Source: Calditrichaceae bacterium (GTDB lineage: Bacteria > Calditrichota > Calditrichia > Calditrichales > JBFXGD01). From it: 20,195 bases of DNA. The stretch is from NCBI GenBank assembly GCA_050178385.1, contig JBFXGD010000058.1:1-20195 (forward strand), given 5' to 3'. Positions within the stretch are counted from its first letter, which is position 1. Each line of letters opens with the position of its first letter. This document shows positions 8,008 to 17,761 of this stretch, piece after piece. The translations under genes and the position numbers were made by a program. The notes beneath the pieces were generated by a model, which worked only from the letters and a program-made list of their open reading frames with translations, was not told the DNA's origin and did not search any database.

Positions 8008-8454
8008 ATGACCGATTTTATCGATAAGTTAAAAAAATCAATTGAAGAGAGCTATGACACGGTTCGCAAAAATGCCGGTAATTTACGAGACATTGCCGAG
8101 GAATTGAGCAAGTTAGCAAAAATCAAATTTGAGCTTCACCAATATAAGGCAGCTCTTGAAAAAAAAATGGCGCTCCTGGGCGAAACAGTATATCCATTTC
8201 TAATGGAGAATAATATCGACGGACTTAAGTCTCACGAGACTTTACAAGTCCTGCTTGATGATATTAAAAATATCAACAATCAGATTGACCTGCTTCAGAA
8301 CGCTGTTAAAGATCTGTCTGAACAGACAAGGCATGAACCTGAGAAAAAAAGTAAAATTGATCTGGAAAACCAGATTGATCATCTCGAAAAGGAAATTGAA
8401 GCCCGTTTGACAGAAATCCGGGCGATGAAGGATCAGTTAAAAAATTCTGAATAA
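8008..8454 (+). CDS. Hypothetical all-helical coiled-coil protein
   Basis: 148 aa, SD GGAG, E/K/L/I-rich heptad-like pattern, no hydrophobic TM segment or recognisable catalytic motif. Confidence 0.8.
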   Translation: MTDFIDKLKKSIEESYDTVRKNAGNLRDIAEELSKLAKIKFELHQYKAALEKKMALLGETVYPFLMENNIDGLKSHETLQVLLDDIKNINNQIDLLQNAVKDLSEQTRHEPEKKSKIDLENQIDHLEKEIEARLTEIRAMKDQLKNSE

Positions 8455-8492
8455 ATCTATAAATACCATGCGTCGGAAACCATGCTCCGAAT

Positions 8493-8521
8493 TTGACATT
8501 ACATTAAAAGAGTAATATATT
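8493..8521 (+). promoter_or_regulatory. Sigma70-type promoter for the TPP-riboswitch operon
   Basis: TTGACA (8493-8498), 17-nt spacer, TATATT (8516-8521); predicted start near 8527-8528 coincides with the riboswitch 5' end. Confidence 0.75.
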
Positions 8522-8527
8522 AACGCC

Positions 8528-8612
8528 GTCCGTTGGGGGTGTTCCCTGAAACTGGGGACTGAGAACAAACCCTTTGAACCTGATCCGGATAATACCGGCG
8601 AAGGAAAACGAG
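8528..8612 (+). ncRNA. TPP (THI-box) riboswitch aptamer
   Basis: GGGGTG...CTGAGA...ACCCTTTGAACCTGATCCGGATAATACCGGCGAAGGAA matches the THI-element consensus; P1 CGTT (8531-8534)/AACG (8607-8610); lies upstream of a thiN-containing operon. Confidence 0.95.
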
Positions 8613-8661
8613 AGATAGTTTATCTTCTTTCTAATCCATCTTTATTCCTTCAAATCAGGAA

Positions 8662-8702
8662 CGGACCTCTTTAAATTATTTCAATTCCGTTAAGGAGGTT
8701 CG
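8662..8702 (+). promoter_or_regulatory. Shine-Dalgarno sequestering hairpin (riboswitch expression platform)
   Basis: CGGACCTCTTTAA (8662-8674) pairs with TTAAGGAGGTTCG (8690-8702): 13 bp including 2 G-U, covering the AAGGAGG SD of the ATG at 8704. Confidence 0.75.
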
Positions 8703-8703
8703 A

Positions 8704-11238
8704 ATGAAATTCTCAAAGATTATCATTCTTTTACTTAGTTTTACATATCTATACAGTCAGCCTGTCCAAATAACCGGCCATATTCAGGACGCGCAAACCG
8801 GCGAAGCCCTGATCGGTGCCGATATTGTAGTGGAAGGGATGCCTATTGGCGCGTCCAGCGATGATTCCGGGTCTTTTAACCTGACGCTTCCAGGGAAAGG
8901 CGCGTATATTATAACCGCATCCTATCTGGGATATGCCCCGGTAAAAAAACGGCTCGATATCTCAGCAAAGCCGGTAACAGACCTAAATTTCAAATTACGC
9001 CCTGAAATCCTCGATGGACAAACCATTGTTATTTCAGGAACCAGAGCAAAGGTGCGCGAAACACCTGTCACCTTCAGCAATGTGACAAGAGCTGAAATTG
9101 AAGATAATTATACCGCAAGCGACATTCCGATGATGCTCAGTGAACTTCCGAATACTTTTTCTTATTCACTTACCGGTGACGCTCTCGGATATTCATTCAT
9201 TAAAATAAGAGGGTTCGACCAGAAACGAATCGGTGTGATGATTAATGATATTCCGCTTAATGACCCCGAAGACCATCAGGTTTACTGGGTCGATATGCCC
9301 GATCTCGCGGAAAGTATTCAGGATATCCAGGTACAGCGCGGAGTTGGAAGCAGTGTATATGGGTCATCTACTTTCGGCGGTTCCATCAACATCAACACAT
9401 CTCAATTCACCGGAGACCGCAGTATCTCTGCGCAATATGGATACGGCAGCTATAACACCCGTAAGTTTTCGGCGGAATATAAATCGGGTATTGTAGCCGA
9501 GACCTATTCATTTTACGGCCGTTTCTCAAAAATCATTTCTGACGGTTTCAGAGATAACTCCGAATCCGATTTATGGGCATATTTTATCGGTGCCGCCCGC
9601 TATGATGAAAACATGGTTACAAAAATAAATATTTACGGAGGACCCGAAAGAACTCATCCCGACTGGGACGGTGTACCGGAAGACGTTCTCAAAAATGACC
9701 GGAAATATAAGGCATCTGAATACACGAATGATGTGGACGAATTTAACCAGCCTCACTATGAAATTAGCAATGAATGGCGGATATCGGAAAAACTTGAATG
9801 GAAAAACATAGCCTATTACATTCGCGGTGAAGGGTATTATGAAAATTATAAGGTAAATAAGGATTTATCTGATTTTGGCATGACCCCTTATCTGACGACC
9901 GATCCGTCTCTTTACGGAGCGGATTCGCTTGACTATTACGAATCGGATAACGGGAAACTGGTCAGAGATGAAGGATCTTACACCGTTAATTCTACAGATC
10001 TGGTCAGGCAGAAATGGGTGCAAAAAAATCAATACGGCCTCATCAGTAAAACGGACTGGAAACTCGATTCCGGCGACCTGACCATGGGGGTATCGGGCTA
10101 TACATTCGACAGCCACCATTTCGGAAAGGTGATCTGGGCCAAAAACATGCCGTCTGAATATGATCCTGACCGTAAATATTACGAATATAGAGGTGACCGA
10201 ATAAATCTTTCCGCTTTCTATAATTATCTTTATCATTATTCGCCTAAAATAAATATTATGAGTAATCTTCTTTATGAATACAAGAGTCAGGATTTTGAAC
10301 AGCAGCCTACCGCGCTGTTTCAGGGAGATCAAATTAACGCCTATTCGCTGAATTACCATTTTCTGAGCCCAAGGGTCGGCGTCACCTATCTGATCAATGA
10401 TAACGTTCATTTATACGGCAATATATCATACTCACAACGCGAACCATCGGATGACGATCTTTATGATGCCTTCTCCGGTCCCGATGACCTTGGCGAGGCT
10501 CCCTTATTCGCAAAAAGCGATACCATCCGGGTGAACGGAAATATCACAAAAGTGGAGTGGGAAGACCCATATATTGAACCGGAAGAATTACTGGATTACG
10601 AGCTTGGTATCGGTTATCAGTCATCGGTCCTGTCGGCATCTTTAAATCTTTACTGGATGGATTTTCGTAATGAAATCATACCGCTGGGCGGAGTCGATAA
10701 GGACGGATTCCCAATAAAAGGAAACGCTGAAAGCACTATCCACAGGGGAATCGAATTTACCGCGAATGCGGCCATTGGCAAATACTGCACTCTTGGCGGT
10801 AATTTCGCTGTCAGTCAAAATTATTTTGAAAATTTCACACAAAATGAATATGATTGGGAAACGGGTGAAACAATACAGGTTGATTTTAAGGATAAAACGA
10901 TTGCGGGTTTCCCCGAATTAATAGGAAACATAAAAATTTCGGCAAATCTGCGGAGGTTCACATCTTCATTGTCTATCCAGCATGTGGGAAAACAATTTCT
11001 GGATAACACTGAGAATGAATCCCATAGAATTGATCCATTCACAACCACGAATGCAATGCTTTCTTACCGGTTTCCGAAATCATCAAGCCTTCCCGGATTT
11101 AGATTGACATTAAAGATCAATAATCTGCTGGACGAAGAATACGAGACAGCGGGATACTATGACAGCTGGTCCGATGTTAACTATTATTATCCGGCCGCCG
11201 GTCGAAATTATTACACCGCGATACAGGTTGAATTATAA
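8704..11238 (+). CDS. TonB-dependent outer-membrane receptor, putative thiamine uptake (OMR1-like)
   Basis: Signal peptide, carboxypeptidase-regulatory-like domain (ITGHIQDAQTGEALIGA...SYLGY), plug (IRGFDQKRIGVMINDIPLNDPEDHQVYWVD, IQVQRGVGSS), C-terminal INNLLDEEY...GRNY beta signal. Substrate inferred from the TPP riboswitch and thiN. Confidence 0.92.
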   Translation: MKFSKIIILLLSFTYLYSQPVQITGHIQDAQTGEALIGADIVVEGMPIGASSDDSGSFNLTLPGKGAYIITASYLGYAPVKKRLDISAKPVTDLNFKLRPEILDGQTIVISGTRAKVRETPVTFSNVTRAEIEDNYTASDIPMMLSELPNTFSYSLTGDALGYSFIKIRGFDQKRIGVMINDIPLNDPEDHQVYWVDMPDLAESIQDIQVQRGVGSSVYGSSTFGGSININTSQFTGDRSISAQYGYGSYNTRKFSAEYKSGIVAETYSFYGRFSKIISDGFRDNSESDLWAYFIGAARYDENMVTKINIYGGPERTHPDWDGVPEDVLKNDRKYKASEYTNDVDEFNQPHYEISNEWRISEKLEWKNIAYYIRGEGYYENYKVNKDLSDFGMTPYLTTDPSLYGADSLDYYESDNGKLVRDEGSYTVNSTDLVRQKWVQKNQYGLISKTDWKLDSGDLTMGVSGYTFDSHHFGKVIWAKNMPSEYDPDRKYYEYRGDRINLSAFYNYLYHYSPKINIMSNLLYEYKSQDFEQQPTALFQGDQINAYSLNYHFLSPRVGVTYLINDNVHLYGNISYSQREPSDDDLYDAFSGPDDLGEAPLFAKSDTIRVNGNITKVEWEDPYIEPEELLDYELGIGYQSSVLSASLNLYWMDFRNEIIPLGGVDKDGFPIKGNAESTIHRGIEFTANAAIGKYCTLGGNFAVSQNYFENFTQNEYDWETGETIQVDFKDKTIAGFPELIGNIKISANLRRFTSSLSIQHVGKQFLDNTENESHRIDPFTTTNAMLSYRFPKSSSLPGFRLTLKINNLLDEEYETAGYYDSWSDVNYYYPAAGRNYYTAIQVEL

Positions 11239-11258
11239 GTAAATCAGGAATCATTCGA

Positions 11259-11894
11259 ATGGCAGGAAAAATTATTGCAATCATTGCAAACGGTGAAAGT
11301 CTGACATCGGACTGGTCACGCGATAATCTGAAGGATGCTTCGGTTATCATTGCCGCGGACGGAGGAGCGCATTTATGCAGTGAACTCGATATTCATCCCG
11401 ACTATATCGTCGGTGACATGGATTCCATTTCCGATGCACTCAAAGTCAAATTTTCTGATTCCGAATATATTTTACGGCCTGATCAAAATTCGACAGATTT
11501 GCAAAAATCAATAGATTTTGCCATTTCACTCTCACCGGTTCTGATAAAGATTTTTTCTTCATTCGGTAAACGCATTGACCACACCATAGCGAATATTTTG
11601 TTGTTTCAGGATTACGAAACAAGCGTCCCCCTGGTGATCTATGATAACTTTGGAAGAATGAGCATCCTCTCTCCGGGCAGGCATTCTCTGAGAGGCCGGA
11701 TTGGCATGACCGTTTCGATGTTCTCATTGAATCCGATTAAAAACCTGGTTTTAGAGGGCTTCAGATATCCTGTGAACGGGCAATCATTTTCCAATACGTT
11801 TATTGGTGTCAGTAATGTATATGAAAAAGAATTAGGTCATATTACTTTCGATTCCGGAAAGTTGTTTTTATATGAAATGCTGAATAATGAATGA
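11259..11894 (+). CDS. thiN: Thiamine pyrophosphokinase
   Basis: IIANGE, IAADGGA, PDYIVGDMDS, DQNSTDLQKS, GKRIDHTIAN, GFRYPV, GVSN. Confidence 0.93.
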   Translation: MAGKIIAIIANGESLTSDWSRDNLKDASVIIAADGGAHLCSELDIHPDYIVGDMDSISDALKVKFSDSEYILRPDQNSTDLQKSIDFAISLSPVLIKIFSSFGKRIDHTIANILLFQDYETSVPLVIYDNFGRMSILSPGRHSLRGRIGMTVSMFSLNPIKNLVLEGFRYPVNGQSFSNTFIGVSNVYEKELGHITFDSGKLFLYEMLNNE

Positions 11895-13287
11895 AATTAA
11901 TACCGCGGTTCTGATCCCTGTAATCATCTATATCTTATTCTTATTGTACATCGGATTCAAATCGTACCGAAGAAACGCCGATCCCGATGAATTTTTGCTT
12001 AGCAGCCGTTCTTTGAGCATACCGGCGTTTGTTGCCACTCTTGTGACAACCTGGTATGGCGGAATATTGGGTGTGGGCGAATTTGTGTATTCATTTGGTA
12101 TATCCGCCTTGCTCGTCTTTGGATTGCCATATTATATTTTTGCCGGTTTATTTGCTTTTTTTCTGGCGCCTAAAATCAGACGCGCCAATAATTATTCTAT
12201 CCCTGATATGTTGTACAACACCTATAACCGGCCAGCCGGAATATTGGGAAGCCTTTTTCTGGTAATCATGACCTCCCCTGCTCCGTATATTTTAATGGTG
12301 GCTACGCTTCTTCAACATTTGTTTCACCTTTCCTTTCTTGTAAGTACTGTCGCCGGTACATTATTTTCTATTATTTATGTTTACTGGGGCGGATTCCGGT
12401 CTGTCGTACAGACCGATAAGCTTCAGTTCGTACTGATGTTTACCGGCTTTCTGCTGTTGACTTATTATGCGTTAACCGATGGAATGTCTTTTGCAAATTT
12501 GATAATCCAACTGGACGAACCCCATAAGAGTATAACGGGAGGCTTGTCATTTCAAAGTCTGATTGTCTGGTTTTTAATTGCCAGCTGGACCTTCATCGAT
12601 CCCGGATTTCACCAACGATGCGCCGCGGCAAAGACACCGGGCACCGCCCGAAAAGGAATTCTTATTTCTATCGGCTTCTGGTTTATTTTTGATATGTTAA
12701 CGACACTTACAGGTTTATACGCGTTTGTTCTTTTACCGGGAATTGATCCGCTGACATCTTATCCCATGCTAGCGCAACGCCTTCTTCCGCCTTTTTTTCA
12801 GGGTATATTTTTTATAGGTCTGCTTGCCATTATCATGTCAACCGTGGACAGTTATACATTTTTGTCCGCTCTTACATTTGGAAGGGATATTATCTGGAAA
12901 TGGAATAAGGACAAAAATGAGAAAAGAATAACGCTTTATACAAGAATTGGATTAATTATAACCGCTATTATTTCTATAATTCTAATATTTTTAATGCCAT
13001 CAGTAATTGAAATCTGGTATAACTTGGGGAGTCTGTTTATTCCGCCTTTACTTTTACCTCTCGTGACGGCCTATTTTCCGCGCTGGCAAATCAGTTCCAA
13101 TGCCACAATGCTGTTAATGTGTCTGAGCTTTGTGGTGTCTCTTGTTTTTTTTGTGCCGGGTCAAATGAATTCCTTTAACGGACAGCCCATGTATCCCTTC
13201 GGACTTGAACCATTCTTCCCGGGATTGATAGTCAGTTTGGCAGGATACGCCGGTCAGATTACATTGAACAAAATATACGGTCGCTGA
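11887..13287 (+). CDS. Sodium:solute symporter (SSS) family, putative thiamine or precursor transporter
   Basis: 466 aa, about 13 hydrophobic segments; EFLLSSRSL, TWYGG, WGGFRSVVQTD, DPGFHQR..AAK, AIIMSTVDS; 8-nt overlap with thiN. Confidence 0.9.
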   Translation: MNEINTAVLIPVIIYILFLLYIGFKSYRRNADPDEFLLSSRSLSIPAFVATLVTTWYGGILGVGEFVYSFGISALLVFGLPYYIFAGLFAFFLAPKIRRANNYSIPDMLYNTYNRPAGILGSLFLVIMTSPAPYILMVATLLQHLFHLSFLVSTVAGTLFSIIYVYWGGFRSVVQTDKLQFVLMFTGFLLLTYYALTDGMSFANLIIQLDEPHKSITGGLSFQSLIVWFLIASWTFIDPGFHQRCAAAKTPGTARKGILISIGFWFIFDMLTTLTGLYAFVLLPGIDPLTSYPMLAQRLLPPFFQGIFFIGLLAIIMSTVDSYTFLSALTFGRDIIWKWNKDKNEKRITLYTRIGLIITAIISIILIFLMPSVIEIWYNLGSLFIPPLLLPLVTAYFPRWQISSNATMLLMCLSFVVSLVFFVPGQMNSFNGQPMYPFGLEPFFPGLIVSLAGYAGQITLNKIYGR

Positions 13288-13313
13288 ACATTTCTTGGGA
13301 ATGTTAATGAAGG

Positions 13314-14546
13314 TCATTCAAATCTAAGAGCATTAATCGGATCCATACTCGCTGCCCGCGCTGCCGGATAGATCCCTGCGACCAGTCCGACAAATGTCGT
13401 CACGGCAATTGAGCTCACCACCACCCATAAGGGGACGGCAAACGGAATATTCAGTATGCTGCTAAGTCCACCCGCGAGGCCAAAGCCGAATACCATACCA
13501 ATAATACCCCCAATAATTGACAAAACAATGGATTCATTTAGAAATTGAGCAAGTATTGTGATTTTTTTCGCGCCAACCGCTTTTCTGATGCCGATTTCGC
13601 GCGTACGCTCCGTCACCGTCACTAGCATAATATTCATTACTCCGATACTGCCTACCAAAAGCGAAACCATTCCAAGCAATATGGCTACAATTTGAATTTT
13701 TGACGCGATATTTTTAAAGGAATCGACCAGTGTTTCATTTGAAAACACGGCAAAGTCATTTTCTTTACCCGGCGGTACTTTTCGTTCTTTGCGCATTACT
13801 CCTATTACCTGGCTTTGCGCCTCTTCAAAAAGCAGCGGATCTTTAACGCTGATGGTTATATTAACCGATCTTTCCTTGCCCCATAAATTTTCAAATGTGG
13901 TGATGGGAATGACCATGGTGTTGTCACGGCTTTCACCGAATGTTGAATTCCCGAGTTTCTCCAGAATTCCGATCACCTGGAATTTTGTTCCGTTGACTTT
14001 AACTATTTTACCTATCGGATCCTCAAAGGGAAACAAAACTTCTATCGCATCCATACCGAGTACAATAAGGCGGCTGCTTGCCGCTACATCCTCACGGGTT
14101 AATGCCCGGCCGTCCTGAATATAATATCCGTTATTAGGAAAGAACTCCGGCTCCCCCCCTGCGACACGCAGATTAGGATTTGTTTTTTTATCCTTATAAT
14201 GAATGGCCAAACCAAATTGCCAGACTTCAGCGCCGGCTGATTCCACCAAATCGCAATTTTCCCTGATCGCTTCCGCCAGCTCTTTATTTAAATCTTTCCT
14301 AAATTTTTCTTTCCGGCCGTGACCAACCTGAATTCCCCCAAATACATCATCCTTTTGCACCTGAAATGTATTCGCTCCCAGCATATTTAGTTCCTGGGTT
14401 ATGGAAAGATTATACCCTTCTAGAATTGATACAATAAAAATGACCGTACCGATACCAATAGTAATACCAAGCGTAGTCAAAATTGCTCTCATTTTACTCG
14501 ATCTGAGCTGTGTCAGCGCAATGCGTAAATTTTCATTTATAACCAT
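13314..14546 (-). CDS. ABC transporter permease, MacB/YknZ (FtsX) family
   Basis: RAILTTLGITIG TM1, large periplasmic domain, GSIGVMNIMLVTVTERTREIGIRKAVGA, GIYPAARAASMDPINALRFE. Confidence 0.93.
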   Translation of the reverse strand: MVINENLRIALTQLRSSKMRAILTTLGITIGIGTVIFIVSILEGYNLSITQELNMLGANTFQVQKDDVFGGIQVGHGRKEKFRKDLNKELAEAIRENCDLVESAGAEVWQFGLAIHYKDKKTNPNLRVAGGEPEFFPNNGYYIQDGRALTREDVAASSRLIVLGMDAIEVLFPFEDPIGKIVKVNGTKFQVIGILEKLGNSTFGESRDNTMVIPITTFENLWGKERSVNITISVKDPLLFEEAQSQVIGVMRKERKVPPGKENDFAVFSNETLVDSFKNIASKIQIVAILLGMVSLLVGSIGVMNIMLVTVTERTREIGIRKAVGAKKITILAQFLNESIVLSIIGGIIGMVFGFGLAGGLSSILNIPFAVPLWVVVSSIAVTTFVGLVAGIYPAARAASMDPINALRFE

Positions 14547-14566
14547 GACCTGCCTGCAAGATTAAT

Positions 14567-15793
14567 TTATTCATATCTCAGGGAATCAATCGGATTTAAT
14601 TTTGATGCCTTAAAAGCCGGGTAAAAACCGGATGTGACCCCGACAATCACCGAAAATCCAAATCCTATCAGTATGGCGCTTAAACTGACCCCTGAGGAAA
14701 GATTCATTTGCGAGAGCACCAGTGACCCTCCGATAAATCCAAATACCAGCCCAATGATCCCGCCAATGGATGAAATGGCGACTGCTTCAAAAAGAAACTG
14801 ACCGAGAATGTTCTTTCGCTTGGCGCCAACGGCTTTTCGAATACCAATTTCACGCGTTCGTTCCGTTACACTGACGAGCATGATATTCATAATACCGATC
14901 CCGCCAACCAGAAGTGATATTAACGCCACAACAAAGACAATACCAAACAGAGTACTAGTGAGCTGCTTATAAAGATTGGTCAGCATATCCATCTGGTTGA
15001 TCGAGAAATTATCTTCATCCGCCGGAGCAATTTTTCGCACCCGCCGCATAATCCCCCGTAATTCTTCCTTGAGATCATCCAGTTTCTCCGGATTTTCAGT
15101 CATTACGGTGATACGCAATCCCCTGTGCCCACCAAAGATCCTCCTGAAGGTTCCGATGGGAACTATGACATAGCTATCCATGCTCTGGCCGAAGAAACTG
15201 CCCTTTTTCTCTAAAATTCCAACAACTTTATATTTGTCAGAATCGATGGTAATACGTCTCCCGATCGGATTTTCATCCTTAAATAATTTCTCGGACAGCT
15301 CACTTCCCAAAACACACACAGGTATGTTGTTCCGAATATCCAGTTCGGTTAAAAATCTTCCCACCTCCGGATAAACATTTGAAGTGACCATATAATCATT
15401 TGTCGATCCGATGACAAAAACTCCTTCGTACCTCTCAGTTCTGTAACTGACCGTTTTTGCGGAAAAAACTTCCGGCGACACATATTCGGCCATTGTACTG
15501 TATTTTTTGATGCCTTCATACTCATCGTATGTCACATTCTTACGGTTGCGGTAACGCCAGAAATCCCCCTTGATAACCCAGGGCCATTTCTCAACATAAA
15601 CAGTTGAAGACCCGATATTGGATAACTCTCCATTGACATAGTCATTGAGACCTTCAATCGTCGTCCAAATCGTAATAATGGTCGTCACACCGATCAGAAT
15701 ACCCAGTGTCGTCAGAAACGAACGAAGTTTATGGCTTTTCAGAGCGGTCCAGCTCATAAGCATATATTCATTGAATCGCGCTAGTGTATACAT
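14567..15793 (-). CDS. ABC transporter permease, MacB/YknZ (FtsX) family
   Basis: RSFLTTLGILIG, GGIGIMNIMLVSVTERTREIGIRKAVGA, GFYPAFKASKLNPIDSLRYE. Confidence 0.93.
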   Translation of the reverse strand: MYTLARFNEYMLMSWTALKSHKLRSFLTTLGILIGVTTIITIWTTIEGLNDYVNGELSNIGSSTVYVEKWPWVIKGDFWRYRNRKNVTYDEYEGIKKYSTMAEYVSPEVFSAKTVSYRTERYEGVFVIGSTNDYMVTSNVYPEVGRFLTELDIRNNIPVCVLGSELSEKLFKDENPIGRRITIDSDKYKVVGILEKKGSFFGQSMDSYVIVPIGTFRRIFGGHRGLRITVMTENPEKLDDLKEELRGIMRRVRKIAPADEDNFSINQMDMLTNLYKQLTSTLFGIVFVVALISLLVGGIGIMNIMLVSVTERTREIGIRKAVGAKRKNILGQFLFEAVAISSIGGIIGLVFGFIGGSLVLSQMNLSSGVSLSAILIGFGFSVIVGVTSGFYPAFKASKLNPIDSLRYE

Positions 15794-15837
15794 AAAATTA
15801 TTTGCCTGATAATCTCTTTCGGTTTGACAAAACTTTA

Positions 15838-16515
15838 TTAATTATGTTCATCCGACACTATTTTACCATCCAGTAACCTGATGATTCTTTTACTGTGTCT
15901 TGCGATTTCTTCCTCATGGGTAACAAGTATAATCGTATTTCCCGCGGCGTGAAGCTGGTCAAAAATTTCCATGATTTCCAGACCTGTTTTCGAATCAAGA
16001 TTTCCTGTCGGCTCATCAGCCAGAATCAGGGATGGCTTATTAACCAACGCGCGCGCAATAGCTACCCTCTGTCTTTGACCGCCGGATAGTTCGCTCGGCT
16101 TGTGATGCATACGGTCACCAAGTCCGACTTCAGTTAGCGTTTTAACGGCTGTCTCCTGACGTTTTACTCTCGGAGTTCCGTTATAGATCAGCGGCAGCTC
16201 TACATTATGCAAGGCGTTCGCGCGCGGCAACAGATTAAAAGTCTGAAATACAAAACCGATTTCCTTGTTGCGGATTTCCGCCAGCCGGTCATCACTAAGA
16301 CTGCTTACGTTCGTGCCATTTAGAATATACTCGCCGCTTGTTGAGACATCCAGACATCCGATGATGTTCATGAGTGTCGATTTGCCCGATCCGCTCGGCC
16401 CCATGATGGATACATATTCATTTTTATCAATTTTAACATTGACGCCGTTTAGGGCAACGACCTCTATCTCTCCAAGTTGATAAGATTTGATCAGATTTAT
16501 CATATTGATCAACAT
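15838..16515 (-). CDS. ABC transporter ATP-binding protein, MacB/LolD/YknY type
   Basis: Walker [11 protein letters not shown]-loop GFVFQTFNL, signature LSGGQRQR, Walker [15 protein letters not shown] switch. Confidence 0.95.
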   Translation of the reverse strand: MLINMINLIKSYQLGEIEVVALNGVNVKIDKNEYVSIMGPSGSGKSTLMNIIGCLDVSTSGEYILNGTNVSSLSDDRLAEIRNKEIGFVFQTFNLLPRANALHNVELPLIYNGTPRVKRQETAVKTLTEVGLGDRMHHKPSELSGGQRQRVAIARALVNKPSLILADEPTGNLDSKTGLEIMEIFDQLHAAGNTIILVTHEEEIARHSKRIIRLLDGKIVSDEHN

Positions 16516-16516
16516 G

Positions 16517-17716
16517 TTATTTGCCCTTCTTCTTTGATTTTATTTCCACCAGATCCCCGGTACTCAGTGTTTTATTCAGATATTTGAAAGGTCCCGTGAT
16601 AACCTCTTCGCCTTCATCTATCCCCGCTAAAATGGCATAATGTGTATCATCACTGATTCCAATCCTTACGGCTTTTGCTACTGCCCTGGAATCCTGAATA
16701 ACAAAAACAGCCTCAACCATTTCTTTTTTGGTTTCGTCTTCCGAATCTTCTTCAGAGTCTTCTCTGTCTTCGACATCCGCTTTCTTTTCCAAACGATCTT
16801 TTTCTCTCACGGTTACCGCCTGAATTGGTACTTTTATGATGTTATCTTCCCGATCGGTGTATATGTCAACCGTTGTACTCATGCCGGGCCGGAATCTTTT
16901 ATCCGCGTTCAGGATGGTCACCGTAACTTCAAAATTTGTAACCTGTTCCTGAGTACCAAGACCTTTTGTGATCGCAGAATTTGCTATTTCGGAGACAAAT
17001 CCCTTGAATAGTGTATCGGGAAAGGCATCGACTTCAACATCGCAGGTATCGTTCATAGAAACATTGATTATCTCATTCTCATCAACTTCAATAACCGATT
17101 CCATTACCGCTAAATTTGATACCACCAGGATTACATCTTCCTGAAACTGAGCGCCAATAGCCATTTCACCCACTTCTTTATTCATTTTGGTTACAACGCC
17201 ATCCATTGAAGCGTAGAGACTTGTTTTGCTCAGCGATTCCCTGGCTTCTTTCAGAGAAGCCTCCGCCTGAAGCCGGGTACTGACCGCGGCTTCATATTTT
17301 GCCTCCGCTGATTCAAATTCGGCCTGGGAAGATAGTCTTTGCGCGTTTAATTCTTTCGCGCGAACCAATTCACTATTGGCAATTTTTTCATTTGCCTGCG
17401 CGGACATCAGAACAGATTCGGCGCGTTCAGCAGCCGCCTCATACTGCACACGATCAAGCTGAACAAGTAATTGCCCTTTTTTGACCCGTTCACCTTCCTT
17501 AGCATTCAATTCCAGTATTTTACCCGCCACATTGGCGCTTATTTTCACGTCAACCGCCGGTTTTACCTGCCCGGATCCTGTGACTTTTTGTAAAATTGTC
17601 CCTTTTGATATCTTCTCGGCTGTTACTTCCACGCCCTTTTCTTTTCTAAGAAGATTAGCCGCCACCAGCGCTCCAACCACAATAATAATGCCACCAATAA
17701 TCAAATATTTTTTCAT
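16517..17716 (-). CDS. Periplasmic adaptor / membrane fusion protein (MacA/YknX/HlyD family)
   Basis: N-terminal [33 protein letters not shown] lipoyl motif, helical hairpin, ASMDGVV, VDENEI, RPGMS, VPIQAV. Start at ATG 17716 after GGGAG. Confidence 0.93.
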   Translation of the reverse strand: MKKYLIIGGIIIVVGALVAANLLRKEKGVEVTAEKISKGTILQKVTGSGQVKPAVDVKISANVAGKILELNAKEGERVKKGQLLVQLDRVQYEAAAERAESVLMSAQANEKIANSELVRAKELNAQRLSSQAEFESAEAKYEAAVSTRLQAEASLKEARESLSKTSLYASMDGVVTKMNKEVGEMAIGAQFQEDVILVVSNLAVMESVIEVDENEIINVSMNDTCDVEVDAFPDTLFKGFVSEIANSAITKGLGTQEQVTNFEVTVTILNADKRFRPGMSTTVDIYTDREDNIIKVPIQAVTVREKDRLEKKADVEDREDSEEDSEDETKKEMVEAVFVIQDSRAVAKAVRIGISDDTHYAILAGIDEGEEVITGPFKYLNKTLSTGDLVEIKSKKKGK

Positions 17717-17761
17717 TGTATACTCCCAAATCATTCATTACAAAACGAAGATACGGATTGG

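Noticed and set aside
8466..8490. Small TCGGA/TCCGA inverted repeat and CCATGC direct repeat after the coiled-coil gene
   Set aside because: Only a 5-bp stem with no proper U-tract; too weak to call a terminator or operator.
11221..11238. TonB-dependent receptor ends in Leu (IQVEL) rather than the usual Phe
   Set aside because: The alternating hydrophobic beta-signal is intact and the ORF is full length, so there is no evidence of truncation.
13287..13305. Hairpin AACATTTC-TTG-GGAATGTT between the convergent SSS and permease genes
   Set aside because: AT-rich 8-bp stem with a G-U pair and no U-tract on either strand; not a convincing intrinsic terminator.
16720..16800. Acidic low-complexity stretch ([19 protein letters not shown]) in the MFP
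   Set aside because: Looks like a variable charged loop in the membrane-proximal domain; not a regular DNA tandem repeat.
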